A DNA stretch of 50,504 nucleotides from Nemertoderma westbladi. Taxonomy: Eukaryota; Animalia; Xenacoelomorpha. A program made the translations under genes and the position numbers. Below the pieces are notes generated by a model. The model was given only the letters and a program-made list of their open reading frames with translations, had not been told where the DNA came from and ran no database searches. The stretch lies in assembly GCA_032718475.1 (NCBI GenBank), contig JAUCBJ010002482.1, positions 1-50,504 on the forward strand, written 5' to 3'. Every line of letters starts with the position of its first letter. Position 1 is the stretch's first letter. Shown piece after piece: positions 27,701-39,700 of this stretch.

Positions 27701-30700
27701 GTAGAAGCATTCAATGTGTGTGTCTGGACTAACAACGCTCACCAATAGTAGTAGAAGCATTCAATGTGTGTGTCTGGACTAACAACGCTCACCAATAGTA
27801 GTAGAAGCATTCAATGTGTGTGTCTGGACTAACAACGCTCACCAATAGTAGTAGAGGCATTCAATGTGTGTGTCTGGACTAACAACGCTCACCAATAGTA
27901 GTAGAAGCATTCAATGTGTGTGTCTGGACTAACAACGCTCACCAATAGTAGTAGAGGCATTCAATGTGTGTGTCTGGACTAACAACGCTCACCAATAGTA
28001 GTAGAAGCATTCAATGTGTGTGTCTGGACTAACAACGCTCACCAATAGTAGTAGAAGCATTCAATGTGTGTGTCTGGACTAACAACGCTCACCAATAGTA
28101 GTAGAGGCATTCAATGTGTGTGTCTGGACTAACAACGCTCACCAATAGTAGTAGAAGCATTCAATGTGTGTGTCTGGACTAACAACGCTCACCAATAGTA
28201 GTAGAAGCATTCAATGTGTGTGTCTGGACTAACAACGCTCACCAATAGTAGTAGAGGCATTCAATGTGTGTGTCTGGACTAACAACGCTCACCAATAGTA
28301 GTAGAAGCATTCAATGTGTGTGTCTGGACTAACAACGCTCACCAATAGTAGTAGAGGCATTCAATGTGTGTGTCTGGACTAACAACGCTCACCAATAGTA
28401 GTAGAGGCATTCAATGTGTGTGTCTGGACTAACAACGCTCACCAATAGTAGTAGAGGCATTCAATGTGTGTGTCTGGACTAACAACGCTCACCAATAGTA
28501 GTAGAGGCATTCAATGTGTGTGTCTGGACTAACAACGCTCACCAATAGTAGTAGAGGCATTCAATGTGTGTGTCTGGACTAACAACGCTCACCAATAGTA
28601 GTAGAAGCATTCAATGTGTGTGTCTGGACTAACAACGCTCACCAATAGTAGTAGAGGCATTCAATGTGTGTGTCTGGACTAACAACGCTCACCAATAGTA
28701 GTAGAAGCATTCAATGTGTGTGTCTGGACTAACAACGCTCACCAATAGTAGTAGAGGCATTCAATGTGTGTGTCTGGACTAACAACGCTCACCAATAGTA
28801 GTAGAAGCATTCTTCAATGTGTGTGTCTGGACTAACAACGCTCACCAATAGTAGTAGAAGCATTCAATGTGTGTGTCTGGACTAACAACGCTCACCAATA
28901 GTAGTAGAAGCATTCAATGTGTGTGTCTGGACTAACAACGCTCACCAATAGTAGTAGAGGCATTCAATGTGTGTGTCTGGACTAACAACGCTCACCAATA
29001 GTAGTAGAAGCATTCAATGTGTGTGTCTGGACTAACAACGCTCACCAATAGTAGTAGAAGCATTCAATGTGTGTGTCTGGACTAACAACGCTCACCAATA
29101 GTAGTAGAGGCATTCAATGTGTGTGTCTGGACTAACAACGCTCACCAATAGTAGTAGAAGCATTCAATGTGTGTGTCTGGACTAACAACGCTCACCAATA
29201 GCAGTAGAGGCATTCAATGTGTGTGTCTGGACTAACAACGCTCACCAATAGTAGTAGAGGCATTCAATGTGTGTGTCTGGACTAACAACGCTCACCAATA
29301 GTAGTAGAGGCATTCAATGTGTGTGTATGGACTAACAACGCTCACCAATAGTAGTAGAAGCATTCAATGTGTGTGTGTCTGGACTAACAACGCTCACCAA
29401 TAGTAGTAGAAGCATTCAATGTGTGTGTCTGGACTAACAACGCTCACCAATAGTAGTAGAGGCATTCAATGTGTGTGTCTGGACTAACAACGCCCACCAA
29501 TAGTAATAGAGGCATTCAATGTGTGTGTCTGGACTAACAACGCTCACCAATAGTAGTAGAGGCATTCAATGTGTGTGTCTGGACTAACAACGCTCACCAA
29601 TACAGTTACGGTAAACGGTTACCAGACCCATTTTAATTGTTAGGTTATTTTGGCTGAGTTGTTAGTTTTAATGTGATTGCGAGTCTGGGTGTGTTTTTAT
29701 TCTTAAACTTGGAAGAAAAATATTTGTTGTAAGAAAAAAAAAGTTAATGTAAAAGTATTTTGAATAAATTGAGATGTCTTTATATCATTGAAACCAACTT
29801 ATTCATATTAATAAAGTGTTACCCCTATAGAGGTGAACAGGCACTCCTTGGCTTAACGAGCCTAATAGATTCTACCATTCAATAGTACTGGTAAACGATA
29901 CACAACCACAACCAGAACCAACAACCAATTAAATAGATTTTCTGTTATCAAAGAACAAAGGCGGGAAATTTAAATAGGCCTCAAATGTAAACTTGAATTC
30001 AACGTTACCACTTGAATTTGCAATACTACTAGCATTGTACCGATTGATATCCATATCTTACAAGCTGGTTTCTTAAATTCCGTTACAGTTGTATTTTTGG
30101 TGTATAATTTTGAGGAATATAATATATATAAAATGCACAGAATATTACAAAACCTTCGTCCTTCAATAACTTCACGTGACAAACACAGAACCTACTCAAC
30201 AGAACACCGCAGATCGGGTTTAGTGCTCGGGGTTTACGGAAAGACATTTACACCGGAGGCAGAACAATTCAACTGGCAGCACGGTGGTCTACTACACAAG
30301 GTACTGGGTAACAGCGAGCCTCTAAAAGTAGGGGGGACGATGGTTCTACATGGAGTGGGAGAGCACACGGCAACATGTCTGGTAGGTCTAGGGGAGAGAA
30401 GGGAGGTCCCTAACAATGATCGGGACCCTAGCAACGAGGAGGTCCCTAACGACGAGCGGGAGGGGCGGGACGAGGCTGCGGACAACATTAGACGGGGGGT
30501 GGCCGCCGGTTGCCGCGCGTTACAGACCCTAAAGATCCCTGATATATCTATAGACCCCTGCGGACGCCCCCAAGCGGCGGCCGAGGGCGGCTATCTGGGG
30601 ACATTCAGTTACGATGGATTGAAGGCGGAAGCTAAGCGGCGGGTGCGGGTGAATCTGGTTGGGTTGGGGGCCGACGGGGGCGGCTGGGAGGTCGGGAGGG

Positions 30701-33700
30701 TCTACGCTACCGCCCAGAACCTGGCCCGGGAACTGGCGGAGACCCCGGCCAACCTGCTGACTCCGTCTGGGTTCGCGGACCGCACGCTCACCGAGTTGCA
30801 GGGACTCCCAGAGGTCGAGGTGCTGGTCCGGGACCGTGAGTGGATAGCCGCCGAGCGAATGGGCGCCTTCCTGTCTGTCTCTCAGGGGTCGGTGGAGCCA
30901 CCGGTGTTCCTGGAGGTCCGCTACACCGGCGGTGCAGCGCAGCAACCACCGCTGGTGCTGGTAGGGAAGGGCGTCACCTTCGACTCGGGGGGATTGAGTA
31001 TAAAACCCGCGAACTCGATGCCGCCTATGCGAGGTGATATGGGCGGGGCAGCGGCCGTGGTCGCGGCTGTCTCAGCGGTTGCTAGGTTACACGGACACAT
31101 CAACGTGGTCGCCTTGGTGCCGCTCACAGAGAACATGATCAGCGGGTCGGCAACCCGACCCAGTGATGTGGTGACCGCCCGTAACGGGTTGACCATACAG
31201 GTGGATAACACCGACGCGGAAGGGCGCCTGATACTGGCGGACGCGCTGAGTTACAGCGCCACCTACCAGCCGCGCGCGGTACTGGATGTGGCCACGCTGA
31301 CTGGCGCCATGTCCGTCGCGTTAGGGGAGGGCGCAGCGGGGGTCTTCTCTCGCTCCCGGTCGCTATGGGAGCAGTTAGAGACGGCGGGGTACCGGACTGG
31401 AGACCGTTTGTGGCGGTTCCCGTTGTACAAACTGTACGAGGAACAGGTGAGCGAGAGCCGGTTGGCGGACGTTAACAACGTGACCACGTCGCCCGGGGCG
31501 GGAGCCTGTACCGCTGCCGCCTTCCTTGGGAAGTTCGTGGAGACAGACAACTGGGCGCATATCGATATAGCGGGAGTGATGGAGAGTAAGGGAGGGGAGT
31601 ACCAGGTGAAGGGGATGACAGGGAGACCGACACGGACCTTGGTACAGTATCTAATGAATCAGGCAGAGATTGGAGGTGATAATTAATTAGTAGGTTAATA
31701 TAGTCCATACGTTATTATAGCAAATCAATTAAAGATAATAAATGTTTAAGGAGCAACTGTAATTATTTAGTATTTTATATTGTACATCGTAAAACTGTGT
31801 TCCTATATGATGTCGCATATCATTGTGTCATATGGAATCTAATTTACATGGGTGTGTGTTTGTAAACGACTATATATTATAAATTAATAAATGTATTATG
31901 AATTATTTTGTTTAAATTAACATTATTTTTTGCCATGTTTGGATCATACTATCAATCCCCAGCCATTGATTATAACTTGGTGATAGCGAAATAACCCAAC
32001 TGTTGTAGCACAAATTCTACCCAGTTCAGTCTGGTTGATTTAAACTGTCTGGTCTAGCAATGTTTGTGCGAATGGAGAAATATTATACCCAATGAGAAAT
32101 ATTAGACCGAATTTGAGCATTGTTGAAATAGTAACTAAGATTATTAGTAATATTACAATTAGAACAATCTACACCTAAAGTACCTGCATATATAAATAAT
32201 ATTGAAGTTTCATTGTATTTTGGGCAGGTCTTGGATCTATGAGTGTAGATGAGATTGGTGCAGCAGTCTCATATAAACTGCGCCCCCAGGGGGAATTCAA
32301 ATACTTCACAAAATTTTCCACCATCTCATAAAATACTCGATTTTATTCCTTACAGGGTTTACTGACGCCACTATAAATCTACGTTGCCTTAGCGACAGCC
32401 AATGGAATATGGCGCCTTCAACCAGTTTAAATTGTGTAAAGGCACTGGCTGGGTGTAAAGACCCGCCTATAGCACCAGAACATGGACGACAAGATAATAT
32501 AGTGCGGTCCCACAAAGAGACGGTACCACTAAACTCCAGAGGTTCCGTTACAGTGCGTAGACGCAGGTCTACCGATATAGATGGAGATAGTGAGGTTTCC
32601 TTGATAGGGGAACCCCTTGTTGTAGAGAACCCGTCGTTGGAACCAGTTGAAGTAGATGAACATTTGGTAGAATCTCTCCTGGGTGATGTTCATGCAGAAG
32701 AACTGAATTCAAACGAAGATGCTGGTGGCTCAACTGTATATGACGATACTAGTGACCCTTTAACAGAGGGAACCGTTATAGTTATGAATAATTCACCAAT
32801 CAGCGACTCACATCGCAGCAAAGCCAGCCAATCGCAATGGAGTTTCGGTAGCCGCGTATCGTACGCTTGTGATCCCGGTTACCAGATAGCGGGGAACAGA
32901 GAGGTGGTTACTGTGTGCACAAACTCGGGGGTCTGGAAGCCCAAGCCGGTGTACACCTGCGAACCAATAGTATGCGAGGCCCTTAAACCGCCCCCTCGAA
33001 ACGGGGCCCAGCATACAGACAGACTCCCCGGCGACCACCACTATCCCGGGGACACCATCACCTACAGCTGTCTCCAGGGATACAGTCTGTTAGTGAGTAA
33101 CATCCGGTTGGACGCGTCAGGTAGCGAGGTAGTCACCAAGGTAACGTCGGTCTGCATGGAAGACGGGACCTGGTCCACCGTGGATGATTACATATGCGTG
33201 GCCTGCAACGAGAACTCGCGTCCGACTGCCCCGGATAACGCCGTGGTATCTCTACTGAGTGGCGAACGTGGGGGGCCTACCGACCCCACTATGTACCCAC
33301 TGGGTAGCAAGTTATTGTACAGCTGCAAGAAGGGATACATAGTATCAGGTACGTTACTGTTTATAATATGTTTACTATGTTTGTTAATTAATATGTTTGA
33401 ATTATTTTATTAAGCATAATTGGCATTGCAAAGTGAATGTTAGGCTAGTAGTAGAAATATTGATTGATAAATTATGTTGTTTAAATTCACACGAATAATA
33501 CAAGGTTTTTACTTTTCGATGGTAAAATTTTAATATGATATGAAGACTTTGTAATTTTTCAATTTACCTTGTTTCGATTTCTTGATTGTGTTTTATAGCG
33601 CTTATTTCTATCTTATAACCAGTACACATACTAATTTGTTTATTGTTTTGGTTAGATTCAGCCCTTCTGTAACCTGGGTTTTTAGTGAAAACCTGGAATT

Positions 33701-36700
33701 CTTCACATTGCGGTAAACTGTAAAGTGAAATAAATTGTAACAGCAGAAAGTCCGGTATACTACATATCGGCCGTTGTTTATGTCTGTTGCCTTGGTAATG
33801 TTAGCTGGTGATGGGATAATAGGATAATAAGGTTTGGTGCAATATTGAAATTATTAATATTTTTTAAAACCATGTTGGGAAATAAAGTCCTACATTACAA
33901 AACGCTATCAATAGTATCTGATTTTGGTACTGCTGTAATAATATAGAGTAATTATTGACGATTATTTCCAGACGACATAAAGGATACCACAGTAGTCTGT
34001 ACCGGAATGGGAGTCTGGGCGCCTCCCTCGGTTTACTTTAAGTGTGAGCGTCGTGTCTGTCCGTCGGCTCCCGAACCACCACCCCATGGGATAGTCCGCG
34101 AGTCGGGAACCGAAGTCCTGTACGACTGCGAGGCGGGCTACATGGTGAACGCCTCTAGCGGAGACAACCGCACACTGACCTGTAAGAACTACCAATGGGA
34201 ACCGGCGTCGCCTAGTTACACGTGCCAAGCCGAGCCAATGGGATGCCCCGCCCCGCCCCAGCCGGTAGGTAACGTGCGAATCGATAAAGGAATAGATATC
34301 AGCGGCATCTATAGACCCGGTCACGTGATGTTGTACGGATGCGACTCTGCGTTCCGAGTTGGCGGCAACAAACGGATCGAGATCACCTGCGAGAACGGCA
34401 AGTGGTCGCAGACGTTGGACTACTCGTGCGTGCGACGCGACGAACCCTGCAGTGCCCAGTTACCGAACCCGCCGCCAGGGGGACACGTTGTCGACATATC
34501 TAAACCCTCTCGGCCCTATCTGAAGGGGGTAACTGTTACCTACGGATGTGTGGACGGATATAAAATGCAGGGTAAGGTGATTGGATAATAAGTAGTAATA
34601 TGTTCTGTAAAACGTAACATACAAACGTACACCGTCCTGGAACACAGTGTCATTATTCAGGTACCTGGATCCCCCCTCCCCCTTGATTCCCCCCCACCCC
34701 CCAATTTTCTACAAATCTTAATGAGATTGCATGAAATTTGAAACACAGATAGTTGCACCTCCCTCCTCCTCTGTGGGTGAGCCAGACATTTTATTTTCAT
34801 TTTCATTCTTTAGATACAAGCATTTAATAAAATGTCTCCAGCGATATTACACCAGTTACACCGCAGTTATTATTCTTCCTTATAGCTGTTTGTTGGTACT
34901 TGTACTGATTAATTTTATAATTATTGATTACAGAAGGTTTTGTGAGTCGCATCGAATGCAGCCAATCAGGAAACTGGGTACCCAAACTGGATTACACGTG
35001 TCGCAAAGCTTTGTGTATGACCCCGCCAGAGCCACCAATGAATGGGGTCATAATCCCTGAGACCATGAGGATTGAATATCTAGTAGGAGACGGGGTCAAC
35101 TACAACTGTATCGAGGGTTACAGGGTAAAACGCAATTCGCGAAATGTTCTAAGGGTTACGTGCACTCTGGATAGCACTTGGGACTCCATCCCTAGTTACA
35201 CCTGCGCTAAAGTGAGGATCCCTTGTGGCCACCCGGACCCCCCAGCGGTGGCCCACTCCCATATGGAGGTTAACCATCATTTACTTAGTAAGGGGATATC
35301 CCGTCCTGGAGACACTGTGAGGTATGTGTGTGACGATAATTACGTAGCTACCAGCACTACAGAGGATGTCCCCGTCACAGTTATACAGTGCATGGACGAT
35401 GGTTTATGGACAGACAGACTGGCATTCTCTTGCGAGATCGATACCACGCCATGTAGACACGCCCCTCTACCTCCCCAATACGGATATCAGGTAACTGCCA
35501 AGGCATCAGACTACCCTCATAAATCTATAGTAGAATACGCATGCAAAGGGCCATATAGAGTGTTAGTTGGTAACAGAGGCGGGGAGGCCATATGTCTGAG
35601 TGGCGTGTGGAAGACTAAAAGGGGTTTTTCGCCGATAGATGGGCCGTTTTTCTACTGTATTAGGATGCCTTGTAACTGGCCGCCACAGGCACCACAACAT
35701 GCGACCGTTAAAATGAGTTCAGATATCAAGAGAATGTTAAATCGTAGGAGAGGATCGTTAGAAGACTCCAATCGACCACTGAGTGGGGATAAACGACTCT
35801 ATAGCTGTCAGCGTGGTTACACGATGGTCGATATGAAAGGGTATGAATACACAGGAGAGGCCAAGAATGGAATAGTAGAGGTTGTCTGCACGGTGGAAGG
35901 GAGATGGTCCTCGAACCACATCGATTTCCGGTGTTCCTCCGATGAAGACATGAGAATATGTACCTTACCAAGTTTCCCGAATAAAATAGGGTATTTTAGA
36001 GGTCATAATCATAAAGACACTTTGCATCAAGAGATGCTGCTCAATGTTGGCGATAAGATATACTGGGAATGTCCAGACCAGTACCAGGTAGTGCCTAAAG
36101 GTTACTACGTCCAAGCGCAAATATCGCCTGATAGGAAGTCAGTAGCAACGTATTGTCTCAATGCGGGAATGTGGAGCGTTAATATAGACAATTTCGATTG
36201 CGAGGCTGTAGAAGGGGGTCGGAATAAACCTGCAAACAAATGCTCTCCTCCTGAGAAACCCGATGATGTAGGATGGTTTTACGATCCATTGAATTACAGT
36301 CCATGGCTGATGGAGATGTCAAAGTCGAATACATTACTAAAAGAATACAAAGAAGGAGATATTTTAATTTGGAAATGTCCAGATGGTCACAAAATATTAT
36401 CAATTCCAGGAAACCAAAACACTGTTCCACCGGAAAGACAAAACATTTCATCAGCATCTATAATGTGTCTAAAAACTGGAAAGTGGAATGTGAATCTAAA
36501 GGGATACATCTGTTACACTCCTGATAAAAATCTTACGGAACTCCAATCTAGAAGTTTACCGCCGTGCAAGAACCCGGATCTAAGTTCATCAATAGTTGTT
36601 TCATCGTCAAGTTCTATACCGTATTCCAACACTGGGTTGTATCCGTCTGGGAGCCGGTTGTCATTAAAGTGCGTCATTATGAATGTCAAAGACTCATCCA

Positions 36701-39700
36701 GGCAGATATATCTTCCAGTTGCTATGGTTCATTGTTTGAATGGGGCCTGGCAGCCAGCCCTCTCAGACGTAGTCCATATGTGTCATAGTGACAAACAAAG
36801 TTCTTATCACCCTGGAGACACAGCCACACACACCCGCCCCTGTAAACAACCCTCTAATATGTGTCAATGCGACAGCCCCCCAGCACCTCCAGATAATGCA
36901 ATACGAATCAGTCTGAAGAGAAGAAAACGATTCGATCGGGTAAAACAACAAAAGGAAGTCTACATGGTGAATGATAGGGTTCAATATAAATGTAGGGATA
37001 ATTATATTTTGGATAGGGCATTCGGTGATGCATCCACAACCATTACTTGCGTGGTTAAACGAGTTAAAAGTTCACCGGCTCTACCACAATTATCCGATAA
37101 TAAACTCTACTCATTGTTACATGGTAATCACTCAGGAGTTCAAACCTCTAGTGAAGTACAAGACAAACCAGACATAGTTTATCTTAGACAAATGTTAGAG
37201 AACATGGTTGGTAGTCTTGAACGAGAAGCCACCTGGACAAACTTGCACAAAGATTATTATATACCAAACTTTGCATGTAAACGGGTTATCTGCAACATGG
37301 CGGCACCAATGCCACCGGAGTATGGAAAGGTAGATACAGTATCAGGAAGGTTAATTCAAGGAAATGCATATGGAACCGACAAATCTTTGGAACAACCAGG
37401 GTTTTACAGTGGCGATTCAATATTCTATGGATGCGAACAGAATTATGTGCTAAAAAGAGTGGGATCAGCTGTGGCCAATACAAGACAAGTAAAAGACAAA
37501 GTTATAAGTATAAATTGCAACATGTTTGGCGAATGGTCAGATAATACACTGAACTATATGTGCGTAAAGGAATGTACGACCTTGCCCAAACCGTTAATAG
37601 AACATGGAGAATTGAAGGAAGGTAGAACGTCTGCTTACGTGGTCGGTGAAATAGTTCGTTATGGTTGTGAATCTGGGTTCAAGTTAGCCGGAAACAAACA
37701 AGTGCGTCTTGTTTGCGATCCACAAGGTATCTGGAAAGGGTCATTGGACTATGTCTGCGAAGAGAATGGAAGTCATACGGAAATAGCAAGAAAGTTTCCA
37801 AACGTTCAATGCGCTGACCTGCCAAATCCACCAGAGAACGGATTGATTCACAATTACACAAGTTTATCCGTCGGGGTTTCGGTATCGTACGGTTGTAGCG
37901 ATGGGTATATCGTATCAGAGAATAGCATCACAGAGTCAGCTTGCAACGAAAAAGGCACATGGGAACCAAAGCCAACCTATTCGTGCTACAGCAAATACAG
38001 TATATGTCCCAACCCACCTATCCCGCCCCCAAATGGAATCATTGGCCATGGTGGTAAAACATCCGCCTATATTCCAGGGGATACTATTACGTACGCGTGT
38101 CGGCAAGGTTACGACAGCTCCCCTGGTAAGGTTACATCTCTGTGTCGGAATGGGGATTGGGAGGCGGTTAGTTACAGCTGCACATTGAGGGTGAGGCAAT
38201 GTAAGGGTGCAGGCTACCCCGAGGCGCCTCCTAACGCCCAGATGGTGAACCACCTAGATCAGGAATCATACGCCCCAGGATACAAGATTAAATATGAGTG
38301 TGATAAAGGGTATATGGTGTCTGGGAGAGAGATGACGATCCTTCAGTGCGCGATCGACGGAAGGTGGGAACCGAAGAGACCAAACTTTATATGTCTAAAT
38401 GAAGCGAGTTACGAATGTGCTACTAACTGCGGTATAGATAGCTGTGTGCCTGCTAATAGGGTGTGTGACGGGGTTAAAGATTGTAAGAGTGGCAGTGATG
38501 AGGCTTCATGTCCTATCGATGGAAACATACGAAGACCGGCGAAACATGGTGAAACTTCGTGTAAAGTACCGTGGCCTGTAGCCCAAACGAAACACTCATT
38601 GGTAGAAATGGTGGGAGACAAGGTAAGTCGACGAAAATATCACTAACAATTAATTTAAATCTGCTCTACTAGATAAAAAACAAAAATTTTACAAATATAT
38701 ACATCGTAAACGATGAAACAGACATATATAAATCAGACTGACCAGCAAAAAAAAGGAAAAATACAATAGGTGGGATGAAATTTCCTTACTATATTCTGCT
38801 AATTAGTAAAAATATAGTTTATTAGCACGGAATTTAGTGAAAAAATGTGATAACACGACCATAACCGAAAATGTAATTAATTAAATTATTTAATGGAATT
38901 AAAAGTTAGCAATATCAACATTCATGAATATTACAAAATAGTTAATTTAATATAATATTAATGTAATATTATTAACTAGTGAGTTTTTTCAGGTAATGGG
39001 AATACTCTTCTAACTATAATACTACTACGGTGAAATATATTTATTTTTTATTTATAATCTATAAGCATGTGCTTATTATATTAATATATTGGCAAATGTT
39101 GTATTAGTTACTGTTTTGTTGTTTTATAGTATTGAATTTCTTGTTTTATTGTTAATGGCAGTAAACCAATGGTCAGAGAACTGAAAGTAAAAGGTAATGA
39201 GGTACAATATGGGATGTACAATCAAACATTCTCATCCGTCATATAAAACATTCTCACCCGCCATATAAAGTTTATCTCTTTCCACCTCCGTCACATAATA
39301 TTTACATTCTCGACAAACTGTATATATCCTTTATAATTTCCACAGAAGAACGGCTATAAATTGGTATACACTTGCGAATCTGGATTTCTTGTTTCGGGTA
39401 AAAAGTTTACAGAACTGCAGTGCACACCAGAAGTTCTAGAACAACCGCAATATATGTGTGTCAATGAGAACAACGCCGATTGCGCAATAGAATGTGACGA
39501 AGACAACCATAAACAATGTATTGATATTGACAGAGTTTGCAACGGAGTAAGTTGATGTAGAACATATATAAATCTACGGTTGTGTAGAACATATGTAAAT
39601 CTACGGTTGCGTAGAACATATATAAATCTACGGTTGTGTAGAACATATGTAAATCTACGGTTGTGTAGAACATATGTAAATCTACGGTTGTGTAGAACAT

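Noticed and set aside
25101-29602. CRISPR-like appearance of the regular repeats, here and in the other arrays
   Set aside because: Units are head-to-tail with no unique spacers, there are no cas genes, and the context is eukaryotic.
22699-31708. Antisense and alternate-frame ORFs over SLC30A5 and LAP3 (and over CCP exons; also 50126-50425)
   Set aside because: Shadow ORFs of GC-rich coding sequence with no recognisable motifs.
16980-32355. Two separate CCP genes flanking an ordinary gene cluster
   Set aside because: The left part ends mid-domain at a strong donor and the right part starts mid-domain at an acceptor in matching phase, with no signal peptide.
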